Shown: positions 1 to 8,216, counted from the first letter of the stretch. The stretch: DNA of 64,000 bases from Planktotalea sp. (GCF_018607995.1 NZ_JABBAL010000037.1:19353-83352); one strand, 5' to 3'. Program-made: numbers and translations. The notes: a model not told the origin generated them from the letters alone.

Positions 1-993
1 GGCGATTTGGTGATCCCTGCACAAATGGCCACGCCCGAAGCGATCAATTTCATGGCCACGCATGGTCGCGGCTTGATCTGCCTCGCGCTGCCCGCTGAAC
101 GGATTGAAGCGCTTGGGCTTGAGTTGATGAGCACGAACAATTCCTCGCGCCATGAAACTGCCTTCACGATTTCTATCGAAGCGCGTGAAGGCGTCACCAC
201 AGGCATTTCTGCCCATGACCGCGCGCGCACGGTCGCGGTTGCAATTGATGCGGGCAAGGGGGCTGCAGATATCGCAACGCCGGGCCACGTATTTCCTTTG
301 AAAGCCCGCAATGGTGGTGTTCTGGTCCGCGCGGGCCACACCGAAGCGGCTGTTGATGTATCCCGTCTTGCCGGCTTGAACGCATCTGGCGTGATCTGCG
401 AAATCATGAGTGAAGACGGCACCATGTCTCGTCTGCCCGAACTGGTGATTTTTGCGCAGAAGCATAGTCTCAAAATCGGCACGATTAGCGATCTCATCGC
501 ATACCGAAGACGGCACGACAATCTTGTGAAAGTCCGCGCTGAAGAGACGATCACGTCAGAATTTGGTGGCGAATGGCAAATGCGCATTTACGCGGATGAA
601 ACCCAAGGAGCAGAGCATATCGTGATAATCAAGGGTGACATTTCCGGTGATGCACCCGTGCTGACCCGCATGCACGCAATGGATCCGATGCAGGACGTGA
701 TCGGCACTGGCCCACAGGGTCGTGCCGCTGAGTTTGGTCACGCGATGGAGGCAGTTGCTGCCGAAGGGCGCGGTGTTGTTGTCTTGCTACGCGACACGGC
801 TATGAAACTTGATGCGGATCACGATGCGTCGCCGCAAACCCTGCGTCAGTACGGACTTGGCGCGCAAATCTTAAGCTCTTTGGGGTTGAGCAAGCTTGAA
901 TTGCTAACCAACTCCCCAACGCCAAAGGTTGTGGGTCTTGAGGCGTATGGGTTGGAAATCACTGGAACCCGTAAAATTTCGGAGCTTGGATAA
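1..993 (+). CDS. ribB: 3,4-dihydroxy-2-butanone-4-phosphate synthase fused to a degenerate GTP cyclohydrolase II-like domain. The 5' end lies outside the window.
   Basis: The frame is open from base 1 (GDLVIPAQMATPEAINFMATHGRGLICLAL, typical RibB core). The C-terminal half aligns to RibA (ELLTNSPTPKVVGLEAYGLEI) but lacks the Zn-binding Cys residues. ribH follows directly. Confidence 0.9.
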   Translation, partial: GDLVIPAQMATPEAINFMATHGRGLICLALPAERIEALGLELMSTNNSSRHETAFTISIEAREGVTTGISAHDRARTVAVAIDAGKGAADIATPGHVFPLKARNGGVLVRAGHTEAAVDVSRLAGLNASGVICEIMSEDGTMSRLPELVIFAQKHSLKIGTISDLIAYRRRHDNLVKVRAEETITSEFGGEWQMRIYADETQGAEHIVIIKGDISGDAPVLTRMHAMDPMQDVIGTGPQGRAAEFGHAMEAVAAEGRGVVVLLRDTAMKLDADHDASPQTLRQYGLGAQILSSLGLSKLELLTNSPTPKVVGLEAYGLEITGTRKISELG

Positions 994-1545
994 ATGGCTG
1001 GACACGAACAACACTACATCCTGCCACGCGCGGAGTTTGACAAACCCGTCAAGCTGCTGATCGTTGTCTCGCCCTATTACAAGGACATCGCGGACCATAT
1101 GCTCGCGGGCGCTGTCACTGAAATTGAGGCGGCTAGCGGCACATATGAGGTGATTGAAGTGCCAGGTGCGTTGGAAATTCCAACCGCCGTTGGCATCGCG
1201 GAACGATTGAGTAACTATGATGGCTATGTCGCACTGGGCTGCGTTATTCGCGGTGAAACCACTCATTACGACACGGTCTGCAACGACAGTTCTCGCGCTT
1301 TACAGTTGCTCGGCCTGCAAGGCCTGTGCATCGGCAATGGCATCCTGACTGTTGAGAGCCGCACCCAAGCAGAGGTGCGTGCCGACCCTGCGGATCAAAA
1401 CAAAGGGGGCGGCGCGGCGGCTGCGGCCTTGCATCTGATTGCGCTCGCTCGTAAGTGGGGCGGTCAGCGTAAGGGCGTCGGGTTCAAACCTGCCGCAGAT
1501 GAGCATCAGATCGCTGGGTTTGGCAAAGGAAACGACCTCGCATGA
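994..1545 (+). CDS. ribH: 6,7-dimethyl-8-ribityllumazine synthase
   Basis: The 183 aa ORF carries lumazine synthase motifs (VPGALEIP, GCVIRGETTHYD). Its start abuts the ribB stop, and nusB overlaps its end by 4 nt. Confidence 0.9.
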   Translation: MAGHEQHYILPRAEFDKPVKLLIVVSPYYKDIADHMLAGAVTEIEAASGTYEVIEVPGALEIPTAVGIAERLSNYDGYVALGCVIRGETTHYDTVCNDSSRALQLLGLQGLCIGNGILTVESRTQAEVRADPADQNKGGGAAAAALHLIALARKWGGQRKGVGFKPAADEHQIAGFGKGNDLA

Positions 1546-2024
1546 GCACTGAAACATCTGGCCTCTCTGGCAACGCCAAACGCAAAATGAAGTCCGCCGC
1601 GCGTTTTTACGCGGTGCAGGCGCTCTATCAAATGGAAGTGTCTGGTCAGACAACGGACAACATTATCCACGAATTTCTCGATCACCGCTTTGGCGCGATC
1701 TATGAGGATATGGAATTTGTCGATGGCGATGTGGATGTGTTCAGCGCGCTGGTGAACGATGCCGTGAACCATCAAGCGCAGATTGACCAAATGACAGACC
1801 GTGCCTTGGTCGCCAAATGGCCCATTGCGCGTATCGATCCGACTTTGCGCGGTTTGTTCCGTGCGGCTGGTGCAGAGTTAGTGGCCAGTGACACACCGCC
1901 AAAAGTTGTGATCAAAGAATTCGTTGATATCGCGGCGGCCTTTTTCCCTGAAGGTAAAGAAAGCCGCTTTGTGAACGCGGTTCTGGATCACGTGGCACGT
2001 GAGGCGAAACCAGAGGCGTTTTAG
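1542..2024 (+). CDS. nusB: transcription antitermination factor NusB
   Basis: The 160 aa ORF begins SAARFYAVQALYQMEVSGQ and shows the classic ribH-nusB synteny with an ATGA overlap. Confidence 0.9.
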   Translation: MSTETSGLSGNAKRKMKSAARFYAVQALYQMEVSGQTTDNIIHEFLDHRFGAIYEDMEFVDGDVDVFSALVNDAVNHQAQIDQMTDRALVAKWPIARIDPTLRGLFRAAGAELVASDTPPKVVIKEFVDIAAAFFPEGKESRFVNAVLDHVAREAKPEAF

Positions 2025-2048
2025 CCCGCTTTTCTTCGGGCTATTTGG
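2024..2048 (+). terminator. candidate intrinsic terminator after nusB
   Basis: The hairpin gcccg-cttttctt-cgggc is followed by tatttgg and overlaps the nusB stop codon. Confidence 0.5.
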
Positions 2049-2632
2049 AAACGAACGTCAAAATTTTCCATTGTTTTTAATGGACTAGTATTTTCGCGCC
2101 TTCGTTTTTGCGATCCTGAAGCACACCGTGCACATACTTGGGGCAAGCGATAAAAAAGCTTCCATTGTCAGCTGGCTCACAAATTGCATCATTCTCGCGA
2201 ATGACTTGGCAAACGTAGTCAAGGTTTGGATAGGGACGGACCGCTGAAAGCCCCGCCAGGCTGGTTTCAGTGTAGTTTGCAGTCGTGGGTGTCGACGCTT
2301 AGTCCGTTCTTGGCTCAACGTAGCCAGCCAAACCGATTGCAGCGAGCGAACAAAATAACCCGACCTGTTTAATCTAACGCCCGATTTTTAGTTTTAGCGC
2401 AAATGTGGCGGAACCGCACGCAACCGTTCTGGTTTTGATTCCCGAGGACCTGTATGTACAGGTGGGCGCCAGGTAAGTGGACCAGGGTCCAAACAGAGCC
2501 AGCTCCCTAGGAAATGCTTAAGGCCACTGGAATGCTACCGTAAAACAAGAAGGGCAGAAACCGCCACTGTCCAGCTTAGGGGCTTGCGACGGCTTCGGCA
2601 AGGGCGCGCGAGAAAACAGATGGCTTGCGTTT

Positions 2633-2647
2633 GTTCTTACTTTGTTC
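2633..2647 (+). promoter_or_regulatory. LexA (SOS) box of the alphaproteobacterial type, GTTC-N7-GTTC
   Basis: The sequence gttc-ttacttt-gttc is an exact match to the direct-repeat consensus. It lies 13 nt upstream of the ATG at 2660 of the mmcB-like gene. Confidence 0.6.
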
Positions 2648-2659
2648 GATGTTTGCGGA

Positions 2660-3124
2660 ATGGATGACGTCACTGATAATCAAATGATCGACCTGACGCC
2701 CGGCCAGCTTCTGGCGCGTGGCGTGTGTCGTCATATGTCCAGCATGGGATTTGTGTGCCTTGAGGAATTCGTGCCCGCCAAAGGTTTGCGGGTGGATGTT
2801 CTGGCCCTTGGCCCAAAGGGGGAGTTGTGGGTCATCGAATGCAAGTCCTCCAAAGCGGATTTCCAAACAGACAAGAAATGGGAAGGCTATCTTGCTTGGT
2901 GTGACCGCTATTTCTGGGCGGTGGATATGGATTTCCCGACGGACCTATTGCCGGAGGACACGGGGTTACTGGTCGGGGACAGTTATGATGCGGAGATCAT
3001 TCGCATAGGACCCGAGGAAAAGCTCGGGCCTGCACGCCGGAAGGTGATCATTCAGAAATTTGCAATGAGCGCGGCGCGCCGCTTGCAAAGCTTGCGCGAT
3101 CCGATGGGGCGCGTTTGGGGATAG
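2660..3124 (+). CDS. mmcB: MmcB-family DNA repair protein (PD-(D/E)xK nuclease-like)
   Basis: The sequence MDDVTDNQMIDLTPGQLLARG...VDVLALGPKGELWVIECKSS resembles the Caulobacter MmcB family. I prefer the ATG at 2660 over the TTG at 2642, which lies inside the LexA box. Confidence 0.7.
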   Translation: MDDVTDNQMIDLTPGQLLARGVCRHMSSMGFVCLEEFVPAKGLRVDVLALGPKGELWVIECKSSKADFQTDKKWEGYLAWCDRYFWAVDMDFPTDLLPEDTGLLVGDSYDAEIIRIGPEEKLGPARRKVIIQKFAMSAARRLQSLRDPMGRVWG

Positions 3125-3136
3125 GGAGAGACGACA

Positions 3137-3322
3137 ATGATGGTGAAATTTTAATATCCGGACGCCGACTGGTGCTACCGTGCGATCCAAACGGTGCATG
3201 CAATTTTTCACAATTCCGAAGGCAAACTTATTGCGTGGGCCGAAAAAGGGGATCGCAATGGATATTATGAATTCGAAATTACCGATTTCGAAATGATCGG
3301 CCCGGGTGAGCGTCACAAATAG
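3137..3322 (+). pseudogene. possible small ORF interrupted by an in-frame TAA at 3152-3154
   Basis: The GGGAGAG RBS is followed by ATGATG. After codon 5 there is a TAA, then 55 sense codons with a protein-like composition (YPDADWCYRAIQTVHAIFHNSEGKLIAWAEKGDRNGYYEFEITDFEMIGPGERHK). An alternative GTG start lies at 3194. Confidence 0.3.
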
Positions 3323-3331
3323 CGATCACAC

Positions 3332-3523
3332 TTAGGAATTGCCCGTATTGCGCGCGCGTGACGCAGCCGCGCGAATTTCTTCAGCAATTTCTTCGGCTTC
3401 CTCAGGATCAAAATCCATCGGGATCTCAATGCCGTCGCCTTCAATGAAGATACGGACCATGCCTGCGTCGGTCGGGCCGATCTGCATGTTCGCTTCAATA
3501 TCGCGCTCGGTATTAATGCCCAT
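3332..3523 (-). CDS. small acidic conserved hypothetical protein
   Basis: The 63 aa ORF has an AAGGA RBS about 10 nt upstream and an acidic C-terminal helix (DFDPEEAEEIAEEIRAAA). I prefer it over the overlapping plus-strand ORF 3339..3539. Confidence 0.55.
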   Translation of the reverse strand: MGINTERDIEANMQIGPTDAGMVRIFIEGDGIEIPMDFDPEEAEEIAEEIRAAASRARNTGNS

Positions 3524-3605
3524 GATGTGTATCCTTTGAAGTTACCCTGTCTCCGCTACTGAAAAACCCCTTGCTCTGCAAGGTGATCTACCTTTGACTT
3601 GCTGC

Positions 3606-4091
3606 ATGAACGAGATTGAACTGACCCATTACACACCTGCGGATCACACTTGGTTGGTTGAACGCCATTAGACGCTTTACCGTCGCAACGACGGATTTGA
3701 CGATAGTTTTGGCCCTCTCGTTAACGACATCTTGAAGGATTTCGAAGCGAACAGTGATCCGAGCTGCGAAATGGGATGGATCGCACGCGAAAAAGATGGG
3801 CTGCGATTGGGTAGCATTTTTTGCGTTAAGCTTGATGATCAAACGGCAAAACTACGCCTGTTTCTGTGCATGCCAGAGGTACGTGGCTTTGGACTTGGTA
3901 AACGTTTACTCGCGCATTGCATGGCATTTGCGAAAGCCCGAAGATTTCAACGCATGTCGCTGTGGACCCATGAAAGCCACGAATCAGCTTGCGCGCTATA
4001 CACCCGAACCGGTTGGGCTTGCTTGTCCTCCAAGCCCGTTCACTCCTTCGGTGTTCCCCTGATCGAGCAACAATGGGAAATCACGCTCTAG
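3606..4091 (+). pseudogene. GNAT-family N-acetyltransferase with an in-frame amber codon at 3669-3671
   Basis: The segments MNEIELTHYTPADHTWLVERH and, after the TAG, TLYRRNDGFDDSFGPLVNDILKDFEAN...AKLRLFLCMPEVRGFGLGKRLL are in the same frame. Together they read as one GNAT protein. The ORF track only sees the TTG restart at 3732. Confidence 0.75.
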
Positions 4092-4145
4092 ACCTCGAAA
4101 AGGGTCTTGCAATCGAACAATGCTAAAGCTACATCGCGGATGTGT

Positions 4146-4222
4146 GCCGCCTTAGCTCAGTTGGTTAGAGCGCTGGTTTGTGGAACCAGAGGTCCCCCGT
4201 TCAAGCCGGGGAGGCGGTACCA
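4146..4222 (+). tRNA. tRNA-His (anticodon GTG)
   Basis: A 77 nt cloverleaf can be folded by hand: acceptor gccgcct/aggcggt, D arm gctc/gagc, anticodon arm ctggt-ttGTGga-accag, T arm ccccg-ttcaagc-cgggg, and an encoded CCA. It has G1:U72 and A73, and no encoded G-1 (T at 4145). Confidence 0.9.
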
Positions 4223-4303
4223 AACTCTCCTTCCTTTTCACTTCGCTTTCTTTGGCATACCTTTGCCGCAAAACTAATGTGCAATGCGTAGGCTCAACGA
4301 CTG

Positions 4304-5338
4304 ATGAACAGCGAACACTCAACGCCGACACTTGAAGACGTGGCCAAGGTGGCGGGCGTGTCTACCGCCACGGTTTCGCGGTGTTTGAATAGTCCTGATC
4401 TTGTGATTGAGCGCACGCGTCGCCGCGTCATGGATGCAGTTGACGCCTTGGGATACACGCCCAACTTTGGTGCCCGTGTTATGGCCGCGAAGCGCACGTT
4501 TACGATTGGTGCGATCATTCCGACAATGGAAAATGCAATCTTTGCCAGAGGGTTACAAGCCTTTCAAGAAGAGCTGCACGCACGTGGATATACTCTTTTA
4601 GTTTCAAGCTCTGCATATAAGCCCGAGGTCGAAGAGGAGCAGATCAAAGCGCTGGTTGCGCGCGGCGCAGATGGGTTGTTGTTGATCGGTTATGACCGCG
4701 ACCCGTCGGTATATGAATATTTGAAACGTCAGAATGTGCCGGCTTTGACGGCTTGGGCCTATTCGCCGGATTATGAGCATCCCGCAATCGGTTTTGATAA
4801 CCGTGCTGCGATGAAACTGTTGACCCAAGAGGTGCTAGCGCGAGGACACCGTAAGATAGGTGTGATTTCTGCGATTACCAAAGGCAATGACCGCGCGGGC
4901 GAGCGATTGCATGGCATCAAAGAGGCTGTCGCAGAAGCAGGGATTGATCCTCTTTCGCTCGAAGTAATTGAAACGCCCTATGAAATTGAAAATGGCGGTG
5001 ATGCTTTGGAAGCCTTGCTTCAGCGCAGGCCAGAGATGACGGCGGTGATGTGCAGCAATGATGTGCTTGGCGTTGGTGCACTAATGCGCGCCAAGCGGAT
5101 TGGTATCGAGGTACCGCGCGATCTGTCGATCACAGGTTTCGACGATATCGAACTCGCGCGCATTGTCTCGCCTGAACTGACCACGGTTCATGTGCCGCAC
5201 CGCAAAATGGGCCAACACGCTGCGATTGAATTGGCGGCGATGGTTGAAAAAACCAGTACTGGAAAATCTGAAAAGCTGGACAGCCATTTGCAGATAAGAG
5301 AGTCTCTTGGCCGTGCAAAGGATCCCAAGCACGGCTAA
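4304..5338 (+). CDS. LacI-family transcriptional regulator
   Basis: There is an N-terminal HTH (PTLEDVAKVAGVSTATVSRCLN) followed by a periplasmic-binding-protein-like sugar-binding fold. No sugar operon lies next to it. Confidence 0.85.
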   Translation: MNSEHSTPTLEDVAKVAGVSTATVSRCLNSPDLVIERTRRRVMDAVDALGYTPNFGARVMAAKRTFTIGAIIPTMENAIFARGLQAFQEELHARGYTLLVSSSAYKPEVEEEQIKALVARGADGLLLIGYDRDPSVYEYLKRQNVPALTAWAYSPDYEHPAIGFDNRAAMKLLTQEVLARGHRKIGVISAITKGNDRAGERLHGIKEAVAEAGIDPLSLEVIETPYEIENGGDALEALLQRRPEMTAVMCSNDVLGVGALMRAKRIGIEVPRDLSITGFDDIELARIVSPELTTVHVPHRKMGQHAAIELAAMVEKTSTGKSEKLDSHLQIRESLGRAKDPKHG

Positions 5339-5347
5339 ACGGCGCTT

Positions 5348-5623
5348 TCAAAAGCGGACTGTGCAAGCACACCCAACGCTCGTTGCAATTGCATCATAAG
5401 CTTCAACCGCGCCGCCGAATTTGCTATCATAGACCTCTTTCGCGATCCCAGTGGTCAGGGCGGCGGCGCACCCACTGATGGGGCTTTGGGTCTGATGGGT
5501 CACGTATTTCGACGCGGCCGCACCTGCCACGAAATGCAAGGTTTTGTCGTTTGCGCAAGCTGACAATGCAGCCATACAAAGCAAAGGTAAAATAAAAAGG
5601 GGAACTCTCACGCATGTCTCCAA
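5348..5623 (-). CDS. small putative lipoprotein
   Basis: The 91 aa ORF has a signal peptide ending in the lipobox LSAC (..LLCMAALSAC). Confidence 0.5.
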   Translation of the reverse strand: METCVRVPLFILPLLCMAALSACANDKTLHFVAGAAASKYVTHQTQSPISGCAAALTTGIAKEVYDSKFGGAVEAYDAIATSVGCACTVRF

Positions 5624-5770
5624 GACTGAAATAGAAGATTTGGAAGGCGGTGAGAGGAAGCGACTTCTGCCGCAAGCCTTAAAGGATGGGTTAATTTATT
5701 CGCGCAAATGCAATCAGTTCAATGATTTATTAAATGATTGGTTAACGCGAAAACTCTAGACCACGCGCAG

Positions 5771-6088
5771 TTAGTCTTTGATATCAATCAGCACACGCTG
5801 GTGAAGTTTGCCGCTGAGGCGTTCGAATATTAGAATTTCGTCGCCTTGCGTGACGATCGCATACCATGTCTCGCCTATAGTCACGGCTTTTGCTTTGACG
5901 CCAGCTGGTAAGACAACGGTTTCCGGAAAAATCGTAGGTTTATCATTCAAGCGGATGACAAGCAATGCTATTATCAATACAACGCCGCCAATCATCACCG
6001 CCGTCAGCACAGTCACCAGACGGCGCAGGAAACGCAATTGCGCGGGTTCCTCAATTTCTTGCTCAGGGGGCAACATGGGCGTGTCCAT
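5771..6088 (-). CDS. single-pass membrane protein of unknown function
   Basis: The 105 aa ORF has one strong TM helix ([22 protein letters not shown]). It is divergent from, and overlaps the start of, the rluD-like gene. Confidence 0.55.
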   Translation of the reverse strand: MDTPMLPPEQEIEEPAQLRFLRRLVTVLTAVMIGGVVLIIALLVIRLNDKPTIFPETVVLPAGVKAKAVTIGETWYAIVTQGDEILIFERLSGKLHQRVLIDIKD

Positions 6089-7100
6089 TATATCTTTTGC
6101 GGTTCAAGACGATCCGCCTGCGCGCCTTGATAAAGCGCTTTCGCGTGATGTGCCAGAGAGCGCGTCGCTGTCCCGCACCCGTATCGCCAAGCTACTAGAG
6201 GCAGGATCGATTACAATCAATGGTGCTGTGCAGACTGACCCAAAGGCGAAGATCAAAGCAGGCGCGCGGGTCGACATAACTGTTGAAGAGGCGGTTGATA
6301 GCCATATTGAGCCTGAGGATATTCCTCTCGAAATTATATATGAAGATGACGATCTGATTGTGGTTAATAAACCTGCGGGCATGGTAGTGCATCCGGCACC
6401 CGGCACGCCGTCTGGCACGCTCGTCAACGCACTTTTGCATCACTTTGCAGGTAAACTCTCGGGAGTTGGCGGCTCCAAGCGTCCGGGCGTGGTGCACCGG
6501 ATAGATAAGGAAACCACAGGCCTTTTGGTTGTGGCTAAATCTGACGCTGCCCATCATGGTCTTGCTGCTCAGTTCGCAGCCCACACGGCAGAACGGGCGT
6601 ACTTGGCGGTGACGCAAGGCGCGCCAGAGGCTTCTGATCCACGTATTCGCGGCGTGCGCGGGGTTAGCTTTGAAACAGGTGGTGTGTTGAAAGTCACCAC
6701 GCAACTCGCGCGTCATAAACATGACCGCCAACGCCAAGCGGTTCTGTTCGAGAATGGTCGGCACGCCGTCACACGCGCACGCACGATTGAACGTTTTGGC
6801 AATCCGCATTGTCTCGCACTCGTGGAATGTCGCCTTGAGACCGGTCGCACTCATCAGATCCGTGTGCATATGGCGCATGTGGGGCACGGCTTGCTTGGGG
6901 ATCCGACCTATGGGGGACGCCGAAAACTGCCTGCTAAAGCGCTTAGCGAAGTGAGCTTAGAGGCCGCGAAAACCTTCAATCGTCAAGCTTTGCATGCGGC
7001 GGTTCTTGGGTTTGAGCATCCGATCAGTGGTGAAATGTTGCGCTTTGAAGCGGATTTGCCCGATGATATCGCAGGTTTGTTACAGAAATTGCGTACATAA
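6075..7100 (+). CDS. rluD: RluA-family 23S rRNA pseudouridine synthase (RluD-like, with an S4 domain)
   Basis: From the ATG at 6075 the sequence reads [23 protein letters not shown]..., with the [15 protein letters not shown] catalytic motif and HQIRVHM. The 89 upstream codons in the ORF track are antisense to the neighbouring gene, so I ignore them. Confidence 0.85.
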   Translation: MGVSIISFAVQDDPPARLDKALSRDVPESASLSRTRIAKLLEAGSITINGAVQTDPKAKIKAGARVDITVEEAVDSHIEPEDIPLEIIYEDDDLIVVNKPAGMVVHPAPGTPSGTLVNALLHHFAGKLSGVGGSKRPGVVHRIDKETTGLLVVAKSDAAHHGLAAQFAAHTAERAYLAVTQGAPEASDPRIRGVRGVSFETGGVLKVTTQLARHKHDRQRQAVLFENGRHAVTRARTIERFGNPHCLALVECRLETGRTHQIRVHMAHVGHGLLGDPTYGGRRKLPAKALSEVSLEAAKTFNRQALHAAVLGFEHPISGEMLRFEADLPDDIAGLLQKLRT

Positions 7101-7261
7101 CACTTCGCAAAGCACATGCGCGTGAACGCGCGGACAAAAAACTGGAAACTCCGTCGCACAAAGCCCACTTCCATTTCAACACCGCAAAACTGCGGAGGTC
7201 TTGAAACATCGCAGTGCACTGAATAACTCATTTTAACGCACTAAACATAAGGGGCAGGGAC

Positions 7262-8158
7262 ATGGCCAATTACGCAAATCTACCCGCACCAACGCCTGAA
7301 GGTGGCTTAAACCGTTACATGCAGGAAATCCGCAAGTTTCCGATGTTGGAGCCGGAAGAAGAATACATGCTCGCCAAAAGCTGGGTCGAAAAGCAGGACA
7401 CGGCTGCGGCGCATAAGATGGTAACGTCTCACCTACGTCTCGCCGCGAAAATCGCGATGGGTTATCGTGGCTATGGCCTGCCACAGGCTGAAGTCGTTTC
7501 CGAGGCGAATGTTGGTCTGATGCAGGCGGTGAAACGCTTTGATCCCGAAAAGGGCTTCCGTCTCAGCACATATGCGATGTGGTGGATCCGCGCGGCTATT
7601 CAAGAATACATACTGCGCAGTTGGTCTCTGGTGAAACTTGGCACGACGTCGGCCCAAAAAAAGCTATTCTTCAACCTGCGCAAAGCGAAAAATCGCATTG
7701 GTGCGTTGGAAGAAGGCGATATGCATCCCGAAAACGTGGCACGTATTGCGCATGATCTTGGGGTGACGGAGACCGAAGTTATCTCCATGAACCGCCGTAT
7801 GTCGGGTGGCGATGCATCTTTGAATGCGCAAGTTGGCTCTGACGGCGAAGGCACCATGCAGTGGCAAGATTGGCTCGAGGACGAAGATGCCGATCAGGCG
7901 GGTGATTATGAAGCACGCGACGAATTGGAAGCGCGTCGTGAAATGCTTGCTGATGCGATAGACGTGCTCAATGATCGTGAGAAAGATATCCTTGTGCAGC
8001 GTCGTTTGTCCGACAAACCTGTGACGCTTGAAGATCTCAGTGGTCAGTACGACGTTAGCCGCGAACGCATTCGCCAAATTGAGGTGCGCGCGTTTGAGAA
8101 GCTGCAAGAGCGCATGCGCAGCTTGGCGGAAGAAAAAGGCATGCTTGTTAGCGCGTAA
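7262..8158 (+). CDS. rpoH: RNA polymerase sigma-32 factor RpoH
   Basis: The 298 aa ORF has sigma-70 regions 2 to 4 and an RpoH-box-like segment (QEYILRSWSLVKLGTTSAQKKLFFNLRKAK). Confidence 0.9.
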   Translation: MANYANLPAPTPEGGLNRYMQEIRKFPMLEPEEEYMLAKSWVEKQDTAAAHKMVTSHLRLAAKIAMGYRGYGLPQAEVVSEANVGLMQAVKRFDPEKGFRLSTYAMWWIRAAIQEYILRSWSLVKLGTTSAQKKLFFNLRKAKNRIGALEEGDMHPENVARIAHDLGVTETEVISMNRRMSGGDASLNAQVGSDGEGTMQWQDWLEDEDADQAGDYEARDELEARREMLADAIDVLNDREKDILVQRRLSDKPVTLEDLSGQYDVSRERIRQIEVRAFEKLQERMRSLAEEKGMLVSA

Positions 8159-8186
8159 ACGTTGATAAATGCTATGTAAATGATAG

Positions 8187-8215
8187 CCTCCTCTCAAGTC
8201 TGAGAGGGGGCTTTT
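8187..8215 (+). terminator. intrinsic terminator after rpoH; its 3' arm overlaps the SD of the next gene
   Basis: A 10 bp stem (cctcctctca / tgagaggggg) with loop agtc is followed by cttttc. The next gene's ATG is at 8217. Confidence 0.65.
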
Positions 8216-8216
8216 C

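Noticed and set aside
2404-2567. This segment might be SRP (4.5S) RNA, 6S RNA, tmRNA or a cobalamin riboswitch, since it contains GCCACTGG, which resembles a B12 box.
   Set aside because: It lacks the SRP domain IV consensus (GGUCCGGAAGGAAGCAGCC). It lacks the B12 core (AGGGAA...GGUGAAAAUCC), any tag-peptide reading frame and the 6S genomic context. Only a generic structured-RNA candidate remains.
4092-5770. There might be a genomic island integrated at tRNA-His, because a LacI regulator, a small lipoprotein and an AT-richer spacer lie downstream of the tRNA.
   Set aside because: There is no integrase, no direct repeat of the tRNA 3' end, and no mobility or phage genes. The flanking genes look like ordinary chromosomal content.
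5808-6074. Several track ORFs carry N-terminal extensions: 5808 for rluD, 39819 for xseA, 20460 for DUF1330, 47309 for the oxygenase, 22671 for pyrG, 30095 for sdaA, 53634 for the pseudo-protease and 44157 for yciB.
   Set aside because: The extensions overlap neighbouring genes or promoters and have no family similarity. Canonical N-termini with plausible RBSs begin at internal ATG or GTG codons.
6195-6887. Long ORFs lie antisense to confident genes. Examples are 6195..6887(-) in rluD, 7664..8224(-) in rpoH, 8370..8939(-), 33056..33778(-) in hflK, 45128..45754(-) in metZ, 58059..58796(-) in the ppdK-like gene and 31525..32064(-) in gor.
   Set aside because: Each lies entirely within a well-supported gene on the other strand. 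They have Arg/Ser/Cys/His-rich, low-complexity compositions and no recognisable motifs or RBS. This is the typical shadow-ORF artefact of moderately GC-rich DNA.
7196-7261. There might be an autoregulated sigma-32 promoter (CTTGAAA) upstream of rpoH.
   Set aside because: A good -35-like CTTGAAA is present at 7200-7206. However, no acceptable -10 element (CCCCATNT or CYTATNT type) follows at 13 to 18 nt, so I cannot support a promoter call.
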